Shown: positions 40,265 to 49,543 of the stretch, piece by piece
Position numbering within the stretch: position 1 is the first letter of the stretch
How the letters are laid out: the number at the start of each line of letters is the position of its first letter
Source: Candidatus Multivoradales bacterium
GTDB lineage: Bacteria; Acidobacteriota; Thermoanaerobaculia; Multivoradales; JAHEKO01
Length of the DNA: 64,000 nt
Direction of reading: 5' to 3'
Assembly (NCBI GenBank): GCA_965248055.1
Contig: CBDFIJ010000004.1
Span: forward strand, 3,232,001 to 3,296,000
Position numbers and translations under genes: made by a program
Notes under the pieces: model-generated
What the model saw: only the letters and a program-made list of their open reading frames with translations
Databases searched by the model: none
Told to the model about the DNA's origin: nothing

Positions 40265-42139
40265 GTGAGGCAAAGCGATAGTCACATGCGTGGGAACCCT
40301 TCGGGAATCGCGGGCGCGTACTGCGGGTTTGCGCTACTTGTACTGATTGCCGCTTGCCCTGATGGCCTTGCAGCGAGCAATCCTGTTCCTAATATCCCCC
40401 CTGCTGACCCCTGGGGTGATTGGGCAAAGGTCCGGCAATCGCTGAAGCTAGAGCAGGTCCACCTGCCGTCTGTACCTCTGCGTTGGCGCTTTGGTGAGAA
40501 AAGTCGAAAGTTCGACATGCGAGCGGGCGTGGTTTACACCCTGAGCACAGAGCAAAAGCTGACCGCGATCGACGGCAGTAGCGGCGAGGTGATCTGGCAG
40601 CGCGAGGGGATTGTTGATTTCGTTGTAGCCGATGGTGCAATTGTCGCCCACTTATTGGCTTCCAACGCAGCTCCGACGTTCCAACGTCGCAATGATGCTC
40701 GCGCCAAGATTGCGTTCCTGGACTTCGCGGATGGTCGTGAATTTGAAGTGGTAGAGCTGCGACGGGGCCCTCGCAGGCTCGTTTTCCTGTCCGGATCGCC
40801 ACTGGCCATTGTCTTGGCGCCACACCGAGGTGACTGCGGGCCTCCGATCCTGGTGTTGATGGACTCCAGCTCCGGCGTGGTCACGAAGCGCCGCCGGCTC
40901 CGGCTGGACCGCCTCCGCGACACTGTGACCTTGGGCGGGCTCTTTGTGGCAAACGGAGGAAGAGATCAGCCCACCACCGCATTTTCCCTTTCGAATGCGA
41001 AAACCCAATGGACATCCGGCAAAGTTTGGGCGCATGGAGTGACGCCATTTCTCCAGCACGATCAACTGATCCTGACGCAGGACTATGGGCATGCTGGGGT
41101 ACCCACGGTGGCAATCAGTGTCGCGACTGGTGCTCATACGGAGTTACCACCTATTGAAGCGGCGAAGAAATACTCTGGTTTCAGAGTTCTGCGTAGTGGC
41201 CTGGGCCTTGCAGTCGGTGGCGAGAATTCGCAAATCCGCTTGGTTCGGTTCGACTCGAGTGCTGGGACAACTTTTTGGGATACGACTATCCCCTTGTATC
41301 CGGCGGGAGTGTTGTTAGATGGTAACGACCTCCACCTCTTCAGAGGCCGGCTGCTGGCGAGCCTGGACTGGTCTACTGGCCGCCATCGGAGACTGCGCTG
41401 GGGATATGGACATGACTTCCCAAGTATCGATGTTGATGCCCCCCAGGATTGCCGTTTGGTTGGCGAATCTCTTGCCGTGTGCCGCGTCGCGGAGACCTTG
41501 GCGGCTGTAGAACTAACGGCTGCATCTCCGCCAGTTTTTGCGCTTCAGTCCGCGGCCGATCTCTTGCGTGGAGCAGCTCGCAGTTTGGAAAATACTAGGC
41601 GGGATCTCATGCTGCGCTGGAAAGATGATGAGTACCTTGCGGCTGGATTAGTCAGGCGCCTAGAGCTGGATAGCCGAACCAAAGAAGAATTCCGTTATGC
41701 GGTGGATTCTTTGCATCAGCTTTCGTTGGAGGCGCCCATCTCCGCGCTCGTGAAGTGGCGCCTAGCCGAGAGCATACTCCCAAGCGAAGTGCCTGGAGTC
41801 GGTCCTTTGCCGATCAGGACCGCCATCGCAAGAAAGGCGAGAATCGAGGGGTTCGTCATTCTCACTGCGGACGTGGATCCGGAAAGCGGCGAACCCGTAG
41901 ATATTGTCGTAGCAAAGACCCTACCCCTGGGGCTGGACAACATGGCACGCAACGCTTTTCTAAAGTGGCGCTTTGAGCCAACGCGCGAGTTGAATCGGGT
42001 GTTTGCTGCGTTCTACTTCGGCCGCGATGATCCTGAAGAAGCTGCAGGTGTGGCTCTACTTGGGTGCGGTACGGAGATTAGTAGGGAGTATTGCAACAAA
42101 GTACATGAGTTCTTTGCTGGTACCGGGAGCTCGCGTTGA
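40265..42139 (+). CDS. Secreted PQQ-like beta-propeller protein with a C-terminal TonB-like domain
   Basis: AIDGSSGEVIW-type repeats; ARKARIEGFVIL..GLDNMARNAFLKWRFEP resembles TonB_C. Confidence 0.6.
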   Translation: MRQSDSHMRGNPSGIAGAYCGFALLVLIAACPDGLAASNPVPNIPPADPWGDWAKVRQSLKLEQVHLPSVPLRWRFGEKSRKFDMRAGVVYTLSTEQKLTAIDGSSGEVIWQREGIVDFVVADGAIVAHLLASNAAPTFQRRNDARAKIAFLDFADGREFEVVELRRGPRRLVFLSGSPLAIVLAPHRGDCGPPILVLMDSSSGVVTKRRRLRLDRLRDTVTLGGLFVANGGRDQPTTAFSLSNAKTQWTSGKVWAHGVTPFLQHDQLILTQDYGHAGVPTVAISVATGAHTELPPIEAAKKYSGFRVLRSGLGLAVGGENSQIRLVRFDSSAGTTFWDTTIPLYPAGVLLDGNDLHLFRGRLLASLDWSTGRHRRLRWGYGHDFPSIDVDAPQDCRLVGESLAVCRVAETLAAVELTAASPPVFALQSAADLLRGAARSLENTRRDLMLRWKDDEYLAAGLVRRLELDSRTKEEFRYAVDSLHQLSLEAPISALVKWRLAESILPSEVPGVGPLPIRTAIARKARIEGFVILTADVDPESGEPVDIVVAKTLPLGLDNMARNAFLKWRFEPTRELNRVFAAFYFGRDDPEEAAGVALLGCGTEISREYCNKVHEFFAGTGSSR

Positions 42140-42300
42140 TAACGCCGCGCGACCGTAGTCAAGAAGATCCCGTCACCTCTTAAGCCCTTTATACCCTCTC
42201 AGCCGCTTGATAAGCTGACGTTGCCGGAAGCAGCCATGCTCGCACGCTTGCGGCGTTTCATATCAGCAGCCCGATTCGAGTTCGGGATCAGGAGAACAAG

Positions 42301-43482
42301 TTGAAGATTCACGAATACCAAGCGAAATCCATCCTGCGCCAATTTGGGGTCGAAACACCCCGTGGCGAGGTGGCTGAGAGCGCTGATCGAGCCGCTGAGA
42401 TCTGTCAAGAGCTAGGCGGGCGTTGTGTCATCAAGGCGCAGATTCACGCCGGTGGCCGGGGCAAGGGCGGAGGCGTCAAGCTAGCCGCCAACCCGGAAGA
42501 AGCGAAGACCATTGCCGGAGAAATCCTGGGGATGCAGTTGGTGACCCACCAGACTGGACCCGGAGGCCAATTGGTGCGTCAGGTGCTGGTTGAAGAGGCC
42601 CTGGAAATCGCCCAAGAACTGTACGTCGCCGTGACCTTGGACCGGGCCAGCGGCAAGCCGGTGGTCATGGCCTCGTCCGCCGGCGGCATGGATATCGAAG
42701 AAGTTGCTGCTGAAACCCCCGAGGCGATCACCCGCGAACCGATCGACCCTCACTTGGGTCTGCAACCTTTTCAAGCTCGCGGCATTGCCAACTTTCTCGG
42801 GCTCAAAGGCAAGACCGCTCGTCAGGCTGCCAAATTGATCAGTTCCCTGGTGCGCGCGTATCTTGAGACCGACTCTTCGCTGGCCGAGATCAACCCTCTA
42901 CTGGTGACTGGCGATGGCGACGTGATGGCGCTGGACGCCAAGATCAACTTCGACGACAACGCACTGTTTCGCCATCCCGATATCAAAAAGATGCGCGATC
43001 TGAACGAAGAAGATCCGTTGGAGGTCGAAGCCTCGAAGTTCGGCCTCAACTACATCAAGCTGGATGGCGAAATTGGTTGCATGGTCAACGGTGCTGGGCT
43101 GGCGATGGCGACCATGGACATCATCAACCTTTACGGTGCCGAGCCCGCCAACTTCCTGGATGTAGGTGGTTCGGCGAGCCAAGAGGCGGTTGAGAATGCC
43201 TTTCGTATTCTGGTTTCCGACCCCAACGTTAAGGCAGTGTTGATTAACATCTTTGGTGGTATCGCGCGTACCGATCGCATCGCTGCTGGAGTGGTCGCAG
43301 CGCTGAAGAGTCTGGGAGACGTCGACATGCCGGTCGTGGTTCGCCTAGAGGGCACCAACGTCGAGCAGGGCCGGGCGATTCTGCATGCTGCGGACTACGA
43401 CTTCATCGTTGCCGCTCACATGGCTGACGCGGCAGAGAAAGTGGTGGCGGGCTCCAAGGCGCGAAACCGCGAAGGAGCCTAA
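42301..43482 (+). CDS. sucC: Succinyl-CoA synthetase beta subunit
   Basis: [44 protein letters not shown]. Confidence 0.97.
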   Translation: MKIHEYQAKSILRQFGVETPRGEVAESADRAAEICQELGGRCVIKAQIHAGGRGKGGGVKLAANPEEAKTIAGEILGMQLVTHQTGPGGQLVRQVLVEEALEIAQELYVAVTLDRASGKPVVMASSAGGMDIEEVAAETPEAITREPIDPHLGLQPFQARGIANFLGLKGKTARQAAKLISSLVRAYLETDSSLAEINPLLVTGDGDVMALDAKINFDDNALFRHPDIKKMRDLNEEDPLEVEASKFGLNYIKLDGEIGCMVNGAGLAMATMDIINLYGAEPANFLDVGGSASQEAVENAFRILVSDPNVKAVLINIFGGIARTDRIAAGVVAALKSLGDVDMPVVVRLEGTNVEQGRAILHAADYDFIVAAHMADAAEKVVAGSKARNREGA

Positions 43483-43485
43483 GAA

Positions 43486-44355
43486 ATGGCTATTTGGTTG
43501 AATCAAGACACCCGCCTGTTGGTGCAGGGAATCACCGGCAAGGAAGGGGAATTCCATGCCTTGGGATGCCGCGATTATGGCACCCAGGTGGTTGGCGGGG
43601 TCACCCCCGGCAAGGGCGGTCAGGACGTCCAGGGCATCCCGGTTTACGACACCGTGGCCGAGGCCCGGGAGCAGACCGGTTGCAACGCCACCATGATTTT
43701 TGTTCCACCTCCGTTTGCCGCTGACGCGGTGATGGAAGCGGCTGCTGCTGGCGTTGAGTTGGTGGTGTGCATCACTGAGGGCATTCCGGTTGCCGACATG
43801 CTCAAGGTCAAGGCTTTCCTGCGCGACCATCCGACCCGTTTGGTCGGTCCCAACTGCCCGGGCGTGATCAGTCCTGGTTTGGGCAAGATCGGCATCATGC
43901 CGGGACACATTCACAAGCAAGGATCGATCGGCGTCGTCAGTCGTTCTGGCACCTTGACATACGAGGCGGTTTGGCAGTTGACCAACGAGAGTCTTGGTCA
44001 GTCCACCTGTGTTGGCATTGGCGGAGATCCGGTGCAAGGAACCAACTTCATCGACGTGCTCGCAGCCTTTGCCGACGACCCCGACACCGAAGGGGTGGTG
44101 ATGATTGGTGAGATTGGCGGCAGCGCTGAAGAACAAGCAGCGGCCTGGGTGGCGGAAAATTATCACCGCCCGGTGGTCGGTTTTGTCGCCGGTCGGACCG
44201 CACCTCCAGGGCGACGCATGGGCCACGCGGGAGCGATTGTCTCCGGCGGTTCGGGAACTGCATCAGCCAAAATGGAAGCTATGCAACAAGCTGGCATTCA
44301 CGTGGTCGAATCACCCGCCGATCTTGGCTCGAGAATGCGGTCGCTGCTGGGATAG
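43486..44355 (+). CDS. sucD: Succinyl-CoA synthetase alpha subunit
   Basis: [28 protein letters not shown]. Confidence 0.97.
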   Translation: MAIWLNQDTRLLVQGITGKEGEFHALGCRDYGTQVVGGVTPGKGGQDVQGIPVYDTVAEAREQTGCNATMIFVPPPFAADAVMEAAAAGVELVVCITEGIPVADMLKVKAFLRDHPTRLVGPNCPGVISPGLGKIGIMPGHIHKQGSIGVVSRSGTLTYEAVWQLTNESLGQSTCVGIGGDPVQGTNFIDVLAAFADDPDTEGVVMIGEIGGSAEEQAAAWVAENYHRPVVGFVAGRTAPPGRRMGHAGAIVSGGSGTASAKMEAMQQAGIHVVESPADLGSRMRSLLG

Positions 44356-44422
44356 ACCAACACAATTTATGCTGAGGACAATAGTCGAAAGACAATAGCT
44401 ACAACTCGAGGAGAGCAAGAAC

Positions 44423-44848
44423 GTGGATACCACCCTGACGATCATCAAACCCGACGCGGTTGCCGCTGGCAATGCTGGCAACATCCTGGCCCATCTGGAG
44501 CGTGGCGGGTTTCATATTTTGGCGGTCAAGCGCCTGACCCTGAGCAAAGCCCAAGCAGAGGGTTTCTACACAGTGCATAGCGCGCGACCGTTTTTCGATA
44601 GCTTGGTCGAGTTCATGACCAGTGGCCCGGTGATTCCTGCGGTGCTGACCGCTCCCGACGCCGTTCCTAAGCTGCGCCAAGCGATGGGTGCGACCAACCC
44701 TGACGACGCGGACGAGGGCACCATCCGTAAGCTCTACGCCAGCTCAATTGAAAAGAACGCTATTCATGGCAGCGATTCGGCGGAGAACGCAGAGATTGAG
44801 AAGCAATTTTTCTTCTCTCGCGCCGAACTGATCGCAGCGGGGGCATAG
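44423..44848 (+). CDS. ndk: Nucleoside diphosphate kinase
   Basis: IIKPDAV, FMTSGP, MGATNP, NAIHGSDS. Confidence 0.96.
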   Translation: MDTTLTIIKPDAVAAGNAGNILAHLERGGFHILAVKRLTLSKAQAEGFYTVHSARPFFDSLVEFMTSGPVIPAVLTAPDAVPKLRQAMGATNPDDADEGTIRKLYASSIEKNAIHGSDSAENAEIEKQFFFSRAELIAAGA

Positions 44849-44856
44849 CTATTTCA

Positions 44857-46377
44857 GTGCCCTCTCGCTCGCGGACTGGTGGTCGCAGTGGAGGTTCCCA
44901 ATCCGGGGACGGAAGATCCGGAAAAGCGAAGCCTGGAGTGCGGCGACCACACCATTCGCAACCCAACAAGCCGCAGGTTCCTAGTGGGGCAGTCGCCGAG
45001 ACCGTGATGGCGCACCACGCGCATCCGATTACCAGCCGCGACATTCAATCGAACGCCCTGCGCATCCTCCATCGGCTACGCAGTCATGGCTACAAGGCTT
45101 ACGTGGTTGGCGGTGCAGTCCGCGATCTGTTGATTGGCGGCAAGCCCAAAGATTTTGACGTTGGCACCGACGCCACTCCCGGCCAAATTCGTCGCCTATT
45201 TCGCAACTCGCGCATCATCGGGCGACGCTTCAAACTGGTTCACGTCTACTTCAGCGACGGGATTATCGAGGTCTCCACGTTTCGTGGAGTCCCCAATCCC
45301 AAGCATCAAGATGATGACGGCCCGATTACCAATGACAACAGCTACGGTACTCCGGCTGAAGACGCTGTACGCCGCGATTTCACCGTCAATGCCCTGTTTT
45401 ACGACTACGCCAGCGGTGAGGTCATCGATCACGTTAACGGGTTGGCAGACATCGAACGGCAATTGATCCGTTCCATCGGTCCGGCGGTAGAGCGATTTCG
45501 CGAGGACCCGGTGCGCATGCTGCGTGCCTGTGAATTTGCCGCTCGGCTTGGCTTCAGCCTCGACGAAGAAGTTCAGGACGCCATTCAGAGCGAGCGACTG
45601 TGGTTGGAACACGCCGCCCCCGCCCGTCTGACCGAAGAGCTGCTGCAACTGCTGGGTTGTGGCTCCTTCAGCGTTGCATTGCAGTGGATGACCGACCTTG
45701 ACCTAGCTTCGATCTACCTGCCAGGTCTGCGCTTCAGCGCGGCCACGCCTCAGAGCCGGAAAGCGGGGGAGTTCTATCAAGAGCTGGATCGCCGGGTGCA
45801 GGAAAAGGATCGTCCCTCGGACGCAGCATTGCTGGGCGCCCTGCTTCTGCCGGTGGTCGAGGCCGACCTGCGGGCGTGGGAACGAAAGCATCCAAATCAG
45901 CACGGCGGGCAGCAAGCCAATGAGAAAGCCAGTAGGAGAGCCAGTAAGACGGCCAGTGAGAAACGGCCTCCTCAGAAAGACGGTGATAATCGACCGCAGG
46001 GCGCCCCCAGCGAACCCACCGTCGCCCCGCCAGCTGTCGTTCGCCAGACCGTCATCCACCGCCTCAACCTGTTATCGGCCGGCTTCGAGTTCTCCAACGC
46101 GCGCACCCACGACACCGTCTCCGCCTTGGTCGGATTTGGCCGCATGCGTCGTCCCGATCTACCATTCGCCCAGCGCCTCCAACTGGGCCGCAAACCGTAC
46201 TTTCCCGACGCCCTAGAACTGTGGGAACTCTACGCCGCAGTCTCTGGCATCGATCGGAAAGAAATTGACCAATGGCACCGTGCCGCCGGAGAATCCCGTA
46301 GTCGTCGGCCTCCCAAGCGGCCCCAACGCGATGGCATGCCGCGTCGCCGTCGTGGTCGTCCCGCACAGCGTCGTTAG
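44857..46377 (+). CDS. pcnB: Poly(A) polymerase I family nucleotidyltransferase
   Basis: VGGAVRDLL..KDFDV, IIGRRFKLVHV signature, RRDFTVNA, EDPVRMLRA, Arg-rich tail. Confidence 0.88.
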   Translation: MPSRSRTGGRSGGSQSGDGRSGKAKPGVRRPHHSQPNKPQVPSGAVAETVMAHHAHPITSRDIQSNALRILHRLRSHGYKAYVVGGAVRDLLIGGKPKDFDVGTDATPGQIRRLFRNSRIIGRRFKLVHVYFSDGIIEVSTFRGVPNPKHQDDDGPITNDNSYGTPAEDAVRRDFTVNALFYDYASGEVIDHVNGLADIERQLIRSIGPAVERFREDPVRMLRACEFAARLGFSLDEEVQDAIQSERLWLEHAAPARLTEELLQLLGCGSFSVALQWMTDLDLASIYLPGLRFSAATPQSRKAGEFYQELDRRVQEKDRPSDAALLGALLLPVVEADLRAWERKHPNQHGGQQANEKASRRASKTASEKRPPQKDGDNRPQGAPSEPTVAPPAVVRQTVIHRLNLLSAGFEFSNARTHDTVSALVGFGRMRRPDLPFAQRLQLGRKPYFPDALELWELYAAVSGIDRKEIDQWHRAAGESRSRRPPKRPQRDGMPRRRRGRPAQRR

Positions 46378-46531
46378 CCGCATCATCCCCGAAGAGTTTC
46401 AAAGCACGGATGTCATCCCCGTAGGGGGAGCACGGGCGGGGACCTTTCCCAGTCACCACCAGATCCCGGCCCCGCACCCTCCCCCCGCCGGGACGACGAG
46501 CGGATCCCGGCCCCCCTCCCAGCCTCGCGCC

Positions 46532-46641
46532 GGGATGACGTGGACTGTTGTATCCGCCTGGGATGACGTGGACTGGCGTATCCGCCTGGGATGACGTGGA
46601 CTGGCGTATCCGCCTGGGATGACGTGGACTGTTGTATCCGC
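46532..46641. repeat. Four tandem 28-bp units GGGATGACGTGGACTG(TT/GC)GTATCCGCCT
   Basis: Units start at 46532, 46560, 46588, 46616; variant order TT, GC, GC, TT; no spacers. Confidence 0.95.
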
Positions 46642-46761
46642 TTACCGTTTAGCCGTCTCCCTGGGAGGGTTAACCCCTTCGTCATCCCCGTAGGGCAGGA
46701 CAACCGCCATCCGTCCGCTTCGAGGGCATTGTCCAGAAAATCAGCGCCCGCCTTCCATCTT

Positions 46762-46846
46762 TGTCATCCCGAGTGTAGTCGAGGGATCTCGATGTTCGGC
46801 TAATTGAGATCCTTGGACTCGGGCTGTGCCCTCGCTCAGGATGACA
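46762..46846. repeat. REP-like inverted pair TGTCATCC...GGATGACA
   Basis: TGTCATCCCGAG..GAGGGATCTC faces GAGATCCTT..CTCAGGATGACA; related GTCATCCCCGTAGGG at about 46412 and 46681. Confidence 0.8.
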
Positions 46847-46867
46847 ATCCGTGCGGCGAAATCCTCC

Positions 46868-46893
46868 GTAGGAGAGGGGTTTAGCCCCTCCCT
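46868..46893 (+). repeat. GTAG-type REP-like palindrome
   Basis: GTAGGAGAGGGG-TTTAG-CCCCTCCCT; near-identical to the reconstructed IS110 target. Confidence 0.75.
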
Positions 46894-47001
46894 TCTTCTA
46901 GTCCAGCCCCACACCAAGACACCCAACCTACCCAGTAGACTTCGGGGTGGCGTCGGAATCAGTTTATTCAAGGTTGTGCGAGATTGGCATAGAGTTAGTT
47001 C

Positions 47002-47463
47002 ATGTCTTTACCCTGGAGTCTTGAAGGGGAGATCGAGATTGAGAAGGTAGGTAGTCCAGCCCTTGTGGCGCAGCGTCTCGTCGAAGCCCTGCGGAGCGAG
47101 AAAGCGGCTCATGTTGAGCTGGACGGACAGAACATCAACTTCATGGCGGGCGCATTCAGATTTGTTTCAAGTTGGAACATTCTTGTCCCGTTCAGGACTG
47201 GCTCAATTACGGTTGCAGGAAATGAAGCTCGTATCGTTCTTCGCTACAAGGGCTCGTTTCGCGAGATGCTAATAGTGTGTTCTTTGATGGCTTCGGTTGT
47301 CCTGTTTTTCTCTGTGATCTCCGCCGTGCAACATGAAGGATCGGTTCTTGAAGCGCTGTTCCTTGGCGTTGTTGCGTGGCTGTGGTTGTACGGTGGAAAC
47401 GCGGCCATCGCCGCATTTTGTTGGCCCAGGTGGCTTGCTAGGACTGCCCGCGGAGAGCACTAA
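47002..47463 (+). CDS. Hypothetical membrane protein (two C-terminal TM segments)
   Basis: 153-aa ORF between REP-like elements. Confidence 0.6.
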   Translation: MSLPWSLEGEIEIEKVGSPALVAQRLVEALRSEKAAHVELDGQNINFMAGAFRFVSSWNILVPFRTGSITVAGNEARIVLRYKGSFREMLIVCSLMASVVLFFSVISAVQHEGSVLEALFLGVVAWLWLYGGNAAIAAFCWPRWLARTARGEH

Positions 47464-47521
47464 GGTGACGTTCCACAGAGCAAGGTGATGCTTCTTCGCT
47501 TCGTAGATTCTCTGTTCGGGG

Positions 47522-48526
47522 TCAATGGTTAATAACGACATTTGGGAAGAGCTTTGTAGCGTCAAAGTCAGTGGCGTGTGTCCAGATTCCATGAATGGCG
47601 TGGAGTAGTTTTCTCATGATGGCGACAATCGCTTGCATGGGTTTTAGTCCTCGTTGTTGGAGACTGAGATAGAAACTTCGACAGTGAGGATTGGCCCTCG
47701 CAGCCGAGAGAGCGGGCATGTAGAGAGCCTGTCTAAGGCGTGAGTTTCCGGTCTTGGAGATTCTTCGTGGTTTGTTGACAGAGGAGCCGGATTCGACCGG
47801 TTTCGGATCGAGTCCGGCATGAGCGACCCATTGCCTAGGGGTGAGCTCTTTGGGCAGCACTGCGAGTTCGGCAAGAATCCGAGATGCGCTCTTGGGTCCG
47901 ATTCCCGGGATACTCAGCAGGAATTGATAACGTATCTTGAGTTTGGTCTGGTTGTTGATGAGTTTGAGTGCCTGTTTGTCGAGCCGATCGATTTCCCGAT
48001 TCAGTACAACGATTTGGCGATTAAGACTTTGGCTTACAGCTGCCGGAATCGTTCTAGAGGCAGATGCAGCATGGAGTCGGTTCTTCTCCTCTGTTCGTTG
48101 TTGAGTCAATGCCAGGATGCGGCGGGTGATGGACCTTAGGGCCAGTTCTTGGTCACCAGGTGGCTGGAACTCTTCAAACGGCATGCGTTGAGCAAACTGA
48201 CAAAGCATTTCCGCGTCGATGCGGTCGGTCTTGGCTCTTTTCATCAAAGCTTCAGCGAAACGGCGAGCAGCACGAGGGTTGGCAACCATGACCTCAACAC
48301 CTGTGGTTTTGCACAGAGTGAAGGTCAGATCTTGACCGTACACTCCGGTGGCTTCCAGGACCGCTTGAACGGGCCGTTCTTGTCTCTTGAGCCAAGCGGC
48401 CAGCTGGCGAATACCGGACGCAGTATTTGCAAACTGTCGCCTCTCAAGCTTGCCTGAGGCAAGCTTGAGACATAGCTCAAAGGACTTGGCGCTGACTTCG
48501 ATTCCGCAGGGCAGTGGCTTCTTCAT
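47522..48526 (-). CDS. IS110 DEDD recombinase
   Basis: GIEVS, LEATG, AKTDRIDA, SIPGIG, ESGSS, ISKTGNSRLRQALY, AIMRKLL; AAGGAG RBS before ATG at 48526. Confidence 0.93.
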   Translation of the reverse strand: MKKPLPCGIEVSAKSFELCLKLASGKLERRQFANTASGIRQLAAWLKRQERPVQAVLEATGVYGQDLTFTLCKTTGVEVMVANPRAARRFAEALMKRAKTDRIDAEMLCQFAQRMPFEEFQPPGDQELALRSITRRILALTQQRTEEKNRLHAASASRTIPAAVSQSLNRQIVVLNREIDRLDKQALKLINNQTKLKIRYQFLLSIPGIGPKSASRILAELAVLPKELTPRQWVAHAGLDPKPVESGSSVNKPRRISKTGNSRLRQALYMPALSAARANPHCRSFYLSLQQRGLKPMQAIVAIMRKLLHAIHGIWTHATDFDATKLFPNVVINH

Positions 48527-48539
48527 CGTTTTCTCCTTT

Positions 48540-48720
48540 CGGTTACACTGTCCCTTCGGCTCCCTGACCTTGGGTAACTCTCGCACCGACCTTGTGAATG
48601 CAGGCTCTAGGGCCTCAGATTCTCTCCGGCGTTCGAGAGGTAAGGCAGGGAGCTGATCTACGTACAGGCTCAGGGCCTAAGGGGCGGGACAGCTTCCCTG
48701 CCGAAGAGACTCATCTCCAC
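48540..48720 (-). ncRNA. Predicted bridge RNA with target- and donor-binding loops
   Basis: Two stem-loops with internal loops; guides CCCGCCCCT/CGTAG match the target and AGAGAATCT/ACAAG match the element's circle junction. Confidence 0.85.
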
Positions 48721-48865
48721 AAACATACAAGGGGAGGGGTTTACCCCCTCCCGTCTTGGGATTCAGGCACACGCCAAAATGCTCCACCTACCCTGGTGAA
48801 ACATCACCTCCAACTGCGATAAGCTGAACCGGCCCGAAAGGGGCCCCGAGACGGGCGAAAGACCT

Positions 48866-49543
48866 ATGCGATCACCACTCAGTTTCTTCCAATCAGCAGT
48901 CGGCAAGAAGACCGTCATGGCGGTTACCGGCATCATGTTGTTCGGCTTTGTGCTCGGCCATATGGTGGGCAATCTCAAGCTCTACTTGGGCGCGGAAAGC
49001 CTCAACCACTACGCGGAATTCCTGCGTGAATTTGGCTATCCGCTGTTGCCGCACATGGCCTTTCTGTGGATTGCCCGTATTGGATTGTTGGCCGCGGTAG
49101 GACTGCACATTTGGTCCGCCTGGGCGGTGACCCGAATGAGCCGCGCCGCACGACCTCACAAATACCTGAAGCGCGAATCGGTGGCCGCGACCTATGCCTC
49201 GCGCACTATGCGCTGGGGTGGGGTGATCCTGATTCTTTTCATCATCTACCACCTGCTGCACTTGACGGTGGGCAACGTCCACCCGGATTTCGTCCACGGC
49301 GAGGTCTACCGCAATCTGATTACCAGCTTGAGCGTTCCTTGGGTGGCGGGCTTCTACATCTTGGCCAATATCTTCCTCGGCATGCACCTATACCACGGCC
49401 TGTGGAGCATGTTTCAGACTCTCGGCTGGTCCGTCGACAAGAACAATGACTGGCGCCGTAAATTTGCCGGTGCTTTCGCCCTACTGGTCACTCTTGGCAA
49501 CCTTTCATTTCCCATCGCGATTCTCACCGGACTGGTTTCATAA
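48866..49543 (+). CDS. sdhC: Succinate dehydrogenase cytochrome b subunit
   Basis: [27 protein letters not shown] heme histidines. Confidence 0.92.
   Translation: MRSPLSFFQSAVGKKTVMAVTGIMLFGFVLGHMVGNLKLYLGAESLNHYAEFLREFGYPLLPHMAFLWIARIGLLAAVGLHIWSAWAVTRMSRAARPHKYLKRESVAATYASRTMRWGGVILILFIIYHLLHLTVGNVHPDFVHGEVYRNLITSLSVPWVAGFYILANIFLGMHLYHGLWSMFQTLGWSVDKNNDWRRKFAGAFALLVTLGNLSFPIAILTGLVS

Larger units (their letters stand above)
47505..48731 (-). mobile_element. IS110-family (IS621-like) insertion sequence, complete
   Basis: AG (CT on the minus strand) core at 47505-06 and 48730-31; removing the element restores TCGTAGGGGAGGGGTTTACCCCCTCCC; no terminal IRs. Confidence 0.9.

Noticed and set aside
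46532-46641. Possible CRISPR array
   Set aside because: Units are contiguous with no unique spacers and there are no cas genes.
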